A stretch of 64,000 bases of DNA from Malacoraja senta (GCA_038087875.1 CM075994.1:2172001-2236000), one strand, 5' to 3'; positions 1-11,862 are shown, numbered from the stretch's first letter. The notes: generated by a model from the letters alone, not told the origin. Numbers and translations: made by a program.

Positions 1-720
1 GCCGGTAGGTCCGGCCGTTGCTAGGAGAGGGAAGTCCTGCCTCCCTCTCGCGGACGCCGCGTTTAACAGCCGCGCTTGATGCGCGTGACGCGACAGCGCC
101 CGCCCGCTTCGTCAGCCCGCGCGTGCGCGGAAGCGCATTCCGGATTCCGGCCGCCTTCAATGGGCAGCGGCTTCGGGTCGGGGTGAAAACGGTCGTCCTG
201 TTGCTGCTTTGCCGTCTCTTCCCCACCCGCCCCGTCACTCCCGTGTCCGTGCCGCGGGGGCTACAGGCGCGCTGTCTCCGTCACTTCCCAGACCAGGGCT
301 CCCATGCTGCTGCTCCTGCTCCTATTACTCCAGGCCGCCTGAGAGGCAAAGCCCGCCCCGGCGTTTGATGAGCCGCCGCCCCGCAGCCAGGCACCCGGGC
401 CGCGGGCTTAGCGGCATGTTCGCGGCGGTGGAGCAAGGCCCGGTGGTGTGCAGCGACTCCAACATCCTCTGCCTGTCGTGGAAAGGCCGGGTGCCCAAGA
501 GTGAGAAGGAAAAGCCGGTGTGCCGCCGGCGCTGCTACGAGGAAGGCTGGCTGGCCACCGGCAACGGCAGGGGGGTGGTCGGCGTGACTTTCACCGCCAG
601 CCGCTGCAGGAGGGAGCGCGGCAACCCGCAAAGGATCAACTTCAACTTGCGAGGCCACAACAGCGAGGTGAGCCCTTCATCAGAGCCGCATGCCCCGAGG
701 CCTCGGCCCGGGTGGGGGGC
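1..720. promoter_or_regulatory. CpG island / probable promoter and 5' region of TULP4
   Basis: Very GC- and CpG-rich compared with the AT-rich remainder and overlaps the first coding exon. It contains GCGTGACG (CRE-half-like) and CGGAAG (ETS-like) words. The TSS cannot be located from sequence. Confidence 0.75.
416..667 (+). CDS. TULP4: TULP4 coding exon 1 (MFAAVEQG...NLRGHNSE)
   Basis: ATG at 416; donor GAG|gtgagc at 667/668; 84 codons, phase 0. Confidence 0.96.
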
Positions 721-974
721 AACAGGCCCTTGGGGGTTGTCTGACCAACATCACCCACTCAGCAGGTGTGACGCCCTGGTCCCTCGTCTGCCCACTGTTC
801 TATCTCCCTTTCAAACCCGTTCCTTTTCCATCTAGTTGGCCCAAGGCTTCTCTTACTGCATCTTCACTTGCCATTAGTGTCAAGTGTTCACTGCTTTGGT
901 ACAAAACAAAAGATGTTTTGTTGCGCCTGATAGATAGGAAACATGAAAGGGATGGTTCTCGGGGTTGCTGCTTA

Positions 975-1330
975 ATATAGAACAGAACAGGAGAAAGGCC
1001 CTTCAGCCCACAATGTCTGTCCAGCATGATGTCAAGTTAAACTAATCTCTGTCTGCATGTGATCCATGTCCCTACATTCCCTGCATATCTATAAGCCTCT
1101 TAGATGCCACTATTATATGTGCTTCCACCACCACCCCTTGACAGTACTTTCCAATCACCCATCAACCACTGCAAAAACAAAAGCTTGCCCTCCACATCTC
1201 CTTTAATCTTTCTCCCCTCACAGTAAAGCTATGGTCTCCAGTCTTTGATATTTTCATCCTGGTGAGAGGTGGGGGGGGGGGGGTCCTACTGTCCACACTA
1301 TCTGTGCAACATGATTTTATGTACTTCTAT
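975..1330 (-). mobile_element. CR1-type LINE 3' end fragment, truncated by the gap
   Basis: Reverse-complement CR1 tail (tagaacag...ggcccttcagcccaca...) similar to copies at 21850-22220 and 39245-39960. Confidence 0.7.
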
Positions 1331-1530
1331 NNNNNNNNNNNNNNNNNNNNNNNNNNNNNNNNNNNNNNNNNNNNNNNNNNNNNNNNNNNNNNNNNNNNNN
1401 NNNNNNNNNNNNNNNNNNNNNNNNNNNNNNNNNNNNNNNNNNNNNNNNNNNNNNNNNNNNNNNNNNNNNNNNNNNNNNNNNNNNNNNNNNNNNNNNNNNN
1501 NNNNNNNNNNNNNNNNNNNNNNNNNNNNNN
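1331..1530. other. Assembly gap (200 N)
   Basis: Run of N; the true length is unknown. Confidence 1.
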
Positions 1531-2150
1531 GTTGAGGTTCTTGTTGAGGTAGGAGTTGATATCCACCATAACTAACCTCTCAAAGCACCTCATCACCACA
1601 GACGCTAGTGCCACCGGTTGATAGTCATTGAGGCACGTCACCTTACTCTTATTGGGCACCGATATTATTGATGCCCTCTTAAAGCAGGTGGGTACCTCAC
1701 ACCTCAGTAGTGAGGTTGAAAATGTCCGCAAAAGCCCCAGCCAGTTGGTCTGCACAGGTTTTGAGAACTCGACCGGGTATACCATCAGGTCCAGGCACTT
1801 GCCGAGTTTCACCCCGCTGAAGGATCTTCTTATGTCGGCCTCTGTGACTGTAACTAATACCATCAGGGCGTATGGGGACTCGGGAAGGCACATCAGTGTT
1901 CTCCCTATCAAAACGTGTGTAGTACGCATTGAGCTCGTCAGGGAGTGATGCTTCGCTGTTTGAGCTGTCTCTTGGTTTCACGTTGTAGGAGGTGATGGCA
2001 TTCAAACCCTGCCACAGTTGCCAAACATCCGCACCGTCCTCCAGCTTTTAGCGGAAGTCCCTTTTGGCCTTTTTGATGGCCTTGTCAAGGTCGAATCTGA
2101 ACTTCTCTGCGTCACCAGATCTGAATGCCTGGGATCTGGTCCTCAGAAAA
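1531..2150 (-). mobile_element. Rex1/Babar-type LINE reverse transcriptase fragment
   Basis: Minus-strand translation ...CFKRASIISVPNKSKVTCLNDYQPVALASVVMRCFERLV... and PGPDGIPGRVLKTCADQLAG, frameshifted. Confidence 0.85.
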
Positions 2151-2194
2151 TGCTGTTCTCAGTAATCTAGATGAAGTTAAGATTTGATCACTAA

Positions 2195-3900
2195 AGTAAT
2201 ATTGATTTATTATATTCATATGTACAGAGATACAGTGAAAAAATCTGTGTGCTATCCAGTCAAATAATGCTATATATGTATACACTCGTCAAATGCAAGT
2301 ATAACGGGTAGTGCAAAGAGAAAAATACTAGAGTGCAGAAGATAGTGTGACAGCGTTATACTGTTACAGGCACAGTGCAGATAAATAATGTGCAATTACC
2401 AAAATGAAGTTGATTGCAAGATTTAGACTACAGCTTAACATATGAGGGAACCGTTCACTAGATTGACAGGAGGAAGAAGCTGTTCCAGAATGTTGATGGT
2501 ATCTGCTTTCAAGCTTTTGTGTCTTTTGTCCTATGGGAGAGGTGAGAAGAGAGATGACTGGAGTATAAATGCGTCATGATTATGTTGGCCGCTTTCCCCG
2601 AGGCAACATGATGAGTAGATGGAATGAATGGGGCGAGGGGTGGGGCTGGGTTTGTGTGATGGGCTGGTTTCATCTACACTCTGCCATTTCTTGCAGTCCT
2701 GGGCAGAGCTATTGCTAAACCAAGCTGTCGTGCATCATGATATATGACAGTGCATCTGTAGAGGTTGGCATGAGTTGTTGGAGTCATGCCAAACGTCTTT
2801 AATCTTGTGAGGAAATAGAGACATTGATGTGTTTTTTTCACCAATGTGGTTGGTCCAGGACAAATTGGTCGTGCTTACACCAAGAAACCTGAAGCTCTCG
2901 ACATCTCCACTTTGGTCCCATTGAAGATGTTGACTGGGGCATACACACCACTTCATTTCCCAAAGACAATAATTAGCTCCTTCTTCCTGCTGGTTTGAGG
3001 TTGTTGTCTTGATGCCATGTTACAGAACACTCTATCTCGTTTTTGTACTTCATTTCATAATTGTTTGACATCCAGCCAACAACAGAGGTGTCATGTGGAA
3101 ACGTCTAAATGGAGTGAGCAGAATTTGGCCGCACAGTTGTGAGTTGTGAATATAATAAGGAGCTAGGAATGCATTCTTGCGAAGCACTGGTGCTGTGAAT
3201 TATTTTTGTCACCTATTCTCGCTGATTGTGGCCTGTCGGTGAGGGAGTTGAGGATCCAATGGCAGAGGGTGGTGCTGACTCTTTGGTCCAGGACATAAGA
3301 TGCTGGAGCAACTCAGCACGTCAGGCAGCATCTCTGAAGAAAAGGAATAGGTGATGTTTGGATCAGACCCCTCCCCAGATCTCAGGCCTAGCAGTTTGGA
3401 GATGAGTTTGGTTGGGATTAAGATGTTGAGAGTGGAGCCATAATAAAAATAATAGGAGTCTGATAGAGGTGTCCTTGTTATTCAAATGTTCTATGAATAA
3501 GTGTAGGTCCTGGGAGATGGAGACGGCTTTAGACCTGTTGTGAAGGTAGGCGAACTGCAGTAGTTTTTAACTGTTTAAGAGGCTGGAATTAATGTGCACC
3601 ATGACCAGCCTCTTGAAGCACTTCATGACAACGGATGTCTGAGCCACTGGACGATGGTCATTAAGGCACAGGATCTTGCTTTTCTTTGTCAGCAGGACCA
3701 TAGTGGTCTGAAAATGGGTGGGAGCTTCAGAATAGAGTAAGGAAAGATTAAAGACGTCCGTGAATACTCCCACCAACTGGTCTGTATAGGTTCTGAGGAT
3801 AGGGCTGGGCACTCCATCCAGGCAAGTTGCTTTCAGCAGATTCACACTCAGGAAAACTGAGCTGCAACAGTGACGACTGAGGCTTTTGGGGTGGATGATG
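2195..3900 (-). mobile_element. Older degenerate Rex1/Babar-type LINE fragment with 3' end
   Basis: Minus-strand remnants CLNDHRPVAQTSVVMKCFKRLV (3567-3845) and VESFRFLGV...LSWTNH (2735-2956), with many stops. Confidence 0.75.
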
Positions 3901-3924
3901 TAATTCTCATAGAGGTGTATAAGA

Positions 3925-5040
3925 TCACCCTAAGCCTCCTGCGCTCCAATGAATAAAGTCCTAGCCTGCTCAGCCTCTCCCTATAGCTCAGGCTAAAACT
4001 GAACCATGTACTCCAAATGTGGCTCTGAACAAAGATGGCGCCTGCCTGTGGCGACATTTTGCCAGCAGCTCAACAGCCCCCGACTCATCAATGTCTTGTA
4101 CAACTGTAACATAACATCCCAACTTCTATACTCAATTTCCTAACTGATGAAGGCCAATGTACCGAAAACCTTCTTGACCACTCTTATCTACCCGTGATGC
4201 TATTTTCAGAGAACTATGTACTTGCACTCCTGGATCTCTCTGCTCTACAACACTCCCTAGGTCCCTGACATTCACTGTGAAGGTCCTGCCATGCATTGAC
4301 TTCTCAAAATGCAATACCTTGCGCTTAACTCAAAGGTTACAAAGGTCTTTCATTGTCACGTGTACCAATTAAGGTACAGTGATATTTGAATTACCATACA
4401 GCCCTACCAAAAAAAAGCAACAAGACACACAACTACATAAAAGTGAATATGAATATCCACCACATTCCTCACTGATGGAAGGCAATAAAGTCAAATCTTC
4501 TTCCGTCTTTATTCTCCCGTGGTTGGGCCAGTCGAATAATCCATCGGGGCGATTGAAGCTCCAGCAGCTGGCAATCGAGGCCCTCGCGTCGGGGCAATCG
4601 AAGCTCCCGTGTCGGGGCGATCAAAGCTCCTGTGGCTTACCAGAGACCGCGAGCTCCACGATGTTAAAGTCCGCAGGTTCCTGCGGTTGGAGCTCCCAAA
4701 TCGATCTACAGCAAGAGGTCGCCAACTCCTCGATGTTAGGCCGCAGTGCGGATGGAGATATGATACGGAAAAAAATCGCATCTCCGTCGAGGTAAGAGAT
4801 TAAAAAAAGTTTCCCCCAACCTCCCCCCCCCTCCCCCCCACATAAAACAAAGCTAAAGAATTCTAAAACATACATTGAACACATACTATTAAAACAACAA
4901 AGAAGGAAAGGACAGCCAGACTGTTGGCGACGCAGCCATTGCTCCACTAACCATTCCTCAGCCCACTTGTCCAACTGATCAAAATCCTGCTGTGATTTTT
5001 GATAACCATCTCAGCTTTCTGCGATGCCACCCATTTTATT
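3925..5040 (-). mobile_element. CR1 LINE fragment interrupted by an unclassified element at 4331-4940
   Basis: LSYRERLSRLGLYSLERRRLR and RDLGSVVEQRDPGVQVHSSLK remnants; resumes as DKWAEEW at about 4945. Confidence 0.75.
4331..4940 (-). mobile_element. Unclassified non-coding retroposon-like repeat (family also at 11863-13745)
   Basis: Shares cattcctcactg..atggaaggc..aaagtcaa, a GC-rich core, aaaatcgcatctcc and cataaaacaaa...cagactg blocks with the second copy; short tandem tail at the left end. Confidence 0.65.
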
Positions 5041-5044
5041 GGAT

Positions 5045-5510
5045 ATGAGGAGAATACCTTTACCTAGAGGAGGGGAATCAAAAACAAAAGGACATGGGTT
5101 AAGGTGAGAGGGGAAAGATTTAATAGAAACCTGAGGGGCAACTTTTTCACGGAGAGGATGGTGAGTATTTGGAACGAGCTGCCAGAGGAGGTAGTTGAGA
5201 CAGGTACTATAATAATATTAAGAGATTTGGACCAGTACAAGAATAGGAAGGGTTTAGAAGATATGGGTCAAACATGGACAGGCGGGGCTAGTGTTGATGG
5301 AGTATCTTGGTCAGCAAGAGCAATTTGGGCCGAAGGGCTGTTTCCATGCAGAATGACATTGACTTTAAGACTTTATCTCTCATCACTCTAAATTTTAGAG
5401 AATATTGATTCTCCATACATAATCTCTTATGTATAGAGCCATGATCACATTGAATGGCGATGCTGGCTCGAAGGGCCAAATGGCCTACTTCTGCACCTAT
5501 GGTCTATTAA
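5045..5510 (+). mobile_element. CR1 LINE 3' end fragments
   Basis: RGERFNRNLRGNFFTERMVSIWNELPEEVVE and gggccgaagggc tail. Confidence 0.75.
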
Positions 5511-6340
5511 ACATAATACTCCCATCCCAGAACTCAATCTCATGACCTTTTACTGTACTCCCTCTATTGCAAGTATTAGGTAGGATGATCAGACCTGTAC
5601 ATGATATACTATATGTAGTTTCACTAGATTCTGTGATTTAATGAAGTGGAATTCTGAGGAATGCAACTTCTACTAAAACTGGTACTTCAGAGATGTTCTT
5701 ATTGTTATCATTAGGATTTGAAAGAACAATGATGATGAATGTGAGAAATGCTCGCTCTTCACTTGCTTAATGCAATGATATCTGATTATACAAGAAGAAC
5801 AAACTAATGGATAAATTCAGCAGACTAGGCAGCATCTGTGGAAGAAAATAGCCCGTCGATGTTTGGGTCGGGACCTTTCAGACTGATAAAGCAGAGGGAT
5901 GTATGCTGGCACAAAGAGGCAATGGGAATGGGTGGATTCGGGTGAGAAAGACTGACTGACGCAAAACATTAGTCCATTTCCCTCCACAGATGCTGTCTGG
6001 CCTGTTGAGTTCCTCCAAGACTGTGTTTTGCTCAAGATTTCAGCATCTGCAATCTTTTGTGTGTCGATCTGATTATAGTTGTCCAATTTGAAGTAGGCAA
6101 ATTATTATTTAAAATAATGAGGGTGCTTGACTACAACAGGGCTAACATTAGCAATAGAAGTGAATAATTAATGATGATTTACAATGTTATGCAAATGTAT
6201 TACTCCCACTATGCTATGGGGATATCTTGGTGAAAACATTACCATGCAGCACGTATAAAGGACATGCTTGGGTTAGCAGTGCTGCTTCAGTTGCTGAATC
6301 CTCCCTCCATTTGCATTCCTACCAACTGTTTTTATTCTAA

Positions 6341-6656
6341 AAGCCCTGTCCCACTGTACGAGTTCATTCAAGAGTTCTCCCGAGTTTGCCCTTTCGAACT
6401 CGGAGATTTACGGTAATGGCCGCTCGTAGGTACTCGGGGCTCTCGTGGACATTTTTCAACATGTTGAAAAATCTTCACGAGTCTTCCTGAGCTTAACGCG
6501 TTTCCCGAGTACCTGCCGTTAGCGTTACAAGCCGCTAAGAGACGTCCCCGAGCTCCGAACATACCCGCTACATACATTCTACGTGCTTCCACGAGTTTGA
6601 TTTTTTTTTAAACTCGGGATAGATCTTAAATGAACTCGTACAGTGGGACAGGGCTT
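6341..6656. mobile_element. PIF/Harbinger-type MITE, 316 bp
   Basis: About 47-bp terminal inverted repeats (AAGCCCTGTCCCACTGTACGAGTTCATT...) flanked by TAA on both sides (6338-6340, 6657-6659). Confidence 0.85.
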
Positions 6657-8574
6657 TAAGTATTAACTTCCTTCCCTTTCGTGGGGCTGTTGCCTTTTGA
6701 TTTTCCACCAAATGTTGTGTGCTGGTTAACAATTCAACTATATGATATCACACTGGGCCTGAGAAAGGAAAATCAATCGGTAATGGGGTCTCTATGAATA
6801 ACGGTGTTTTTGGAGTTTGCACAATAATGCTTTATTCTATGCTGGTGTGGTAGATGAAAGTTAAAAAAATATGGTGCTAGAAATCTGAAATACAAATGGG
6901 AAATACTGCAAAAATTGTAAAATACAGGCGTCACCTGTAGAAACAGAAACCTAGCCAATATTTCAAATAAAAGACCCTCTTGATAAATCGGGAAACATTA
7001 ACCTTTTTTCTGATAAATTCTGCCTGATCTGCTGCATGATTTCAGCATTTTCTGTTATTAATTAACTTGAGAAAGATATTGTGTTTGGGGCATAGAAACA
7101 CTCTGCTTCCAGAATGCTAATAACAAATTATTGTCTTGATTGATGCAAAGGCAGTTGAGTGAGTACTTTATAAATATGACTGCAATGTCGTCTTCTACCT
7201 CAGTGCTGTTGATTGCAAACAGGAACTGTTTGTGTTGTCCATTATTTCCAATATTCCTGTGGTTAACGGAAAGGTTTGCAGGTCCTTGCCTGTCTCTCAA
7301 GCAGATTGCAATTAGAAGCTTGTGCACTGTCTAAATTGTTTAAACATTGGGCAAATTGCTCTCTGCTAATCTAAAGTTGAATGGAGCAATCATGTGTGCG
7401 TGTGACTACAACCAGGAGTGATAATGGTTACTGATGTAGCAATTACCACGTGAAAAGTTTCAATAAATGGTCATAATACAGGAATCTGTCCAAAAAATAT
7501 AACCCTCGCCATAGACCATAATTTTCTGAAGCAGACTCTTTAACATTATCTAACACAAATGATAAATTTAAATTGCTTGAACACTCAGCGGGTCACAGCC
7601 ACATCTGTGGAGCAAAAAAAACCAAGTTAATATTTCAAGGAAATGACCTTGGGCATAGCTAGAGATAAAGCATGTTTTAAATTGCAAAGCAAAGGGAGAG
7701 AGGGGGCAAGGGAGCAAAATGAAGGATCCGCGAAAGGGCCAGTTTTTAGGCGAGTGAATGACAGAGGGTGATAGAGCTGGGTGAAATAGGATATAAAGGC
7801 ATTAATGAATGGCAAAACGTAGGTCTGGGAAAGGTGAGTACGTGTGAAATTAGCAACAGTAAAGAAATGAACAAGAAACTAAGGCATTCTGAGTTTTACA
7901 GCATTTTGTTGTGTGCCAAATTTTCAGCATCTGCAGTATTTTGATTTTTGCCATCTGTTAGACATGGCCTTGTGATTTCAGGTTTGTGTTAATTCATTTA
8001 ACCACGATGGTGCCACATCCAGATTGAAGGATTAAAAAAAAACAGCTAATAGACTAGGCAAATAGCATAAATCAGAGTGGAGAAATGAATGCGACCAGGG
8101 GTGGGGGGTACAGGAAAGAGTGGGGGGTGAATGGAACCAGGAGTATGCCATTCAGCTTTTCACATTTGCTGTACTGTTCAATGATATTAATCTTCAGTGC
8201 CACTTCCCTGTAATCTTCACACCTTTCATTCCATTTCGTAACATGGCTTTTTAATGACAAATAGATTCAATGACAAATCTGCCTCTGCTTGATCACACTG
8301 TACTGATATTGTGGGTAAATAATGGGTATTGTCGATATTTTGACAGCAAATCCTAGCACACAATACATGTGAGCAGAATAAATAATATTTGAATCTCCTT
8401 TCATAGCTCCACTCCCATGGAAGGTTTATTGGAGCTGAGGTGCAGCAAGAAAGATGGCCCTGAAGCATTTCATAATAATGGTAACAGCTCCACTTACCAT
8501 TGGGATTTCATAACCCATCACCACTCAGCCATAGAAGAAGCTTTCAGGATGTTATTCAGAACCTCCAGTCCATA

Positions 8575-9209
8575 CAGTGCATTCAGAAAGTATTCAGACC
8601 CCTTCACTTTTTCCACACTTTGTTACGTTACAGCCTTATTCTAAAATGGATTACATTCATTTTTTTAAATCATCAATCTACACACAATACCCCAGAATGA
8701 AGAAGCGAAAACAGGTGTTTAGAAATGTTTGCAAAGTAATTTAAAAAAAATAACTGAAATATCACATTTACATAAATATTCAGACCCGTTGCTATGACAC
8801 TCAAAATTGAGCTTAGGTTCATCCCGTTTCCATTGATTATCCTTGAGATGTGTCTACACCTTGATTGGAGTCCACCAGTGGTAAATTAAATTGATTGGAC
8901 ATGATTTGGAAAGGCACACACCTGTCTATATAAGGTCCCACAGTTGACAGTGCATGTCAGAACAAAAACCAAGCCATGAAGACGATGGAATTGTCCGTAG
9001 ACCTCCGAGACAGGATTGTGTCGAGACACAGATCTGGGGAAGGGTATAAAACAATTTCTGCAGCATTGCAGGTCCCAAAGAGCACAGTGGCCACTGTCAT
9101 TCTTAAATGGAAGAACTTTGGAACCAACAGGACTCTTCATAGAGATGGCCGCCTGGCTAAACTGGGCAATCGGGGAGAAGGGCCTTGGTCAGGGAGGTGA
9201 CCAAGAACC
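8575..9209 (+). mobile_element. Tc1-like (IR/DR type) DNA transposon, left TIR plus 5' transposase fragment
   Basis: TA|CAGTGCATTCAGAAAGTATTCAGACCCC terminus; inner DR aaatattcagaccc at about 8774; paired-like HTH N-terminus MKTMELSVDLRDRIVSRHRSGEGYKTISAALQVPKSTVATVILKWK from 8976. Confidence 0.9.
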
Positions 9210-9214
9210 TGGAA

Positions 9215-9945
9215 ACACCTCCAACGGGATACCACTACTGGCCACATCTTCCCATCTCCACCCCTTTCTGCTTTCCGCAGAGACCGTTCCCTCTGAAACT
9301 CCCTGGTCAACTCGCCCCCACCCAAACCACCCCCTCCCCGGGTACTTTCACCTGCAACCGCAGGAAATTCAACACCTGTTCCTTTAGCTCCCCCTCGACT
9401 CCATCCAAGGACCCAAACAGTCTTTCAAGGTGAGGCAGTGGTTCACTTGCACCTCCTCCAACCTCATCTACCTGTATCCGCTGTTCCAGGTGTCAACCTC
9501 TACATCGGCGAGACCAAGCGCAGGCTCGGCGATCGTTTTGCTGAACACCTCTGCTCAGTCCATCTTTATCTACCTGATCTCTCGGTGGCTCAGCACTTCA
9601 ACTCCCCCTCCCATTCCCAATCTGACCTTTTTGTCCTGGGCCTCCTTCATTGTCAGAGTGAGGCCCAGCGCAAATTGGAGGAACAGCACCTCATATTTCG
9701 CTTGGGTAGTTTACACCCCAGCGGTATGAACATTGACCTCTAACTTCAGATAACCCTTGCTTTCGCTCTCCATCCCCTTCCCAGTTCTCCCACTAGTCTT
9801 ACTGTCTCCACCTACATTCTATCTCTGCCCCGCCCACTCCCCTGACATCAGTCTGAAGAAGGGTCTTGACCCGACACGTCGCCCATTCCTTCTCTCCAGA
9901 GATGCTGCCTCACCCGCTGAGTTACTCCAGCATTTTGTGTTTACC
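9215..9945 (+). mobile_element. Penelope-like element 3' fragment (GIY-YIG endonuclease) with pseudo-LTR
   Basis: FTCTSSNLIY...LYIGETKRRLGDRFAEHL...VAQHFN...RKLEEQHLIFRLGSLHPSGMN (frameshifted), followed by a terminal repeat shared with many short copies. Confidence 0.88.
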
Positions 9946-10928
9946 TTGAAGTTGTATTTTGTCTACATTTAAACAGCAAAGAATAAATGAAGTTCCAACT
10001 CGGTGCTTTATAATTTCATTTGTTTTTGTTCCAACCACATCCCTAAATTACTCATTGGATTCAAAATCCAATTATCTGAAAGCTATTTATCTTTGCTTAA
10101 GGTTGTTAAACCAGAAACATTTTTGTGAAGTTTATGGTTAATGTTTTAAAGTCATGGTTCTCTTGTGTCTGCAGTAATTTTCTCAATAATTAAGTTTTTT
10201 GAATATTTAATGAAGTTTGTCCCGCTATAAAAGTCAGCATGCTTTTGTTAATCCTGATCACTTTAAATAATTGTTAAACCTTATTCAGTTCAGACTGACA
10301 CTTATTATGTTCTGCCACTACTTAACTTGGAAAATACAGTAAATTAAATTATTGTACTTTCTTCCCCCAATCCACGAGTAATTTTGCTTTGTGATGTTCT
10401 TCATAGTTTATGGTTACATCTATGTTGCTTCTAAGATGTCCTTGGATTTTCGTTTCTGAAAAGTTTAGCTGCCTTAATCAAATAGATGCTGGAATTGTCT
10501 AATCCAAATAAGAATTGTACAAAAAGGATGTAGAATTCAGCATGTGATAAAGTATCTTCAGTACTAAAGGTGTGTTATTGCATTCTTATTCCAGTCATAT
10601 TAATGAAACCAACCATAAAATTTTGCAAAATGGTTCTGTTTTATGCAATTAGTTTGACTTCATACAAAATTTGAAATGTTATTTACCATGAATGAAAATT
10701 AACTATTTCTCTCTAATGCCAAACTTACTGTGTATTTCTGGCATTTTTTGTTTTTTATTGCAGGTTTTACTATATTAAATGTGATGTTATAGCATTTTAG
10801 AATTTTGAAGCTTAATCATTGATTTTTGGCTCTTGATCTTTTCTGATTCTGATCTTGTACTTCTAGCTTCTGATATTCTTGTAGCCCCAATGTAAATTAT
10901 GAACTTAATTATTGCCGGTTGTTTTCAG

Positions 10929-11057
10929 GTGGTGCTTGTGCGCTGGAATGAGCCATTTCAGAAACTTGCAACATGTGATGCGGATGGAGGAATTTTTGTG
11001 TGGATTCAGTATGAAGGCAGGTGGTCAGTTGAGCTGGTCAACGACCGTGGAGCACAG
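10929..11057 (+). CDS. TULP4: TULP4 coding exon 2 (VVLVRWNEPFQKLATCDADGG...NDRGAQ), WD40 region
   Basis: ttttcag| acceptor, CAG|gtaaat donor, 129 nt. Confidence 0.97.
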
Positions 11058-11124
11058 GTAAATATCTTCAGTATGAAATATTTGAAATTGGCCTTTTTTA
11101 ATGTTTCCACTCAAAACCACTAAA

Positions 11125-11422
11125 TCATCAGCATCATCATCATCATCATCGTTGAAAACGTCAACGGGCACGGTGCCGTACAATGCTATGTACGGCAGTG
11201 ATCGCAATTTCTACTAAAGTGTGGATGGCCGTTGGCTCGCTAGGAGCTCATCTGCCCTTTGACAGGTCTTGTTTTTGGTCCTGCTGGGGGTCCACAGCCC
11301 CCTCCTCACCTGGCAAACCAGGTGGGGGAGACGGTTTACTCGCCGACTATCCGACCATGGAGCAGGTAGCACGGGATTACATGGTACCCGTGGCGGGGGG
11401 AGAACTCTCCCCCGACCTGACT
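11125..11422 (-). mobile_element. Short non-autonomous retroposon with (GAT)n tail (RTE-type tail), copy 1
   Basis: (CAT)n at the left end; TSD ct(c/t)aaaaccactaaa at 11110-11124 and 11423-11437; homologous to 47166-47560. Confidence 0.75.
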
Positions 11423-11862
11423 CTTAAAACCACTAAAACGTCTCAAAAGATTAAAATACTGTGCGTTGATTTGGGGATTTTGAAGTTTCATCACGGGGAT
11501 AATACATTTATAAATTGATATGAAATTATTTTTACTTGAGGTACCAATTTATCAGTCAGCCTTTTCCAAAGTGGGTTGAAGATGAACATTTTTAGAATTT
11601 GTATCTTTCCCCATGGCACTGTTTTAATACCCACGATGCATTATTCATCTGCATGACTGTTCTTTTCAAGAGAGTCGCATGTTTAATTGTCATATGCATT
11701 GGGAATGGAGCAGTGAAATATTTACTTGCTCCAGCCTGACCACCACATTAACACAAGCTCAACAAATAAATGTACAATAATTAATAATACAATAAATTAT
11801 CAGCATTACTAGATAACCTGACCATAATAATAATGCAAACCAAAATACACAGTGCAACCTAA

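Noticed and set aside
209..835. 208-aa ORF as a standalone gene
   Set aside because: Only 416-667 is TULP4 coding sequence; the rest is 5' region and read-through into intron 1.
1262..1552. ORFs containing poly-X
   Set aside because: Artefacts of the 200-N gap.
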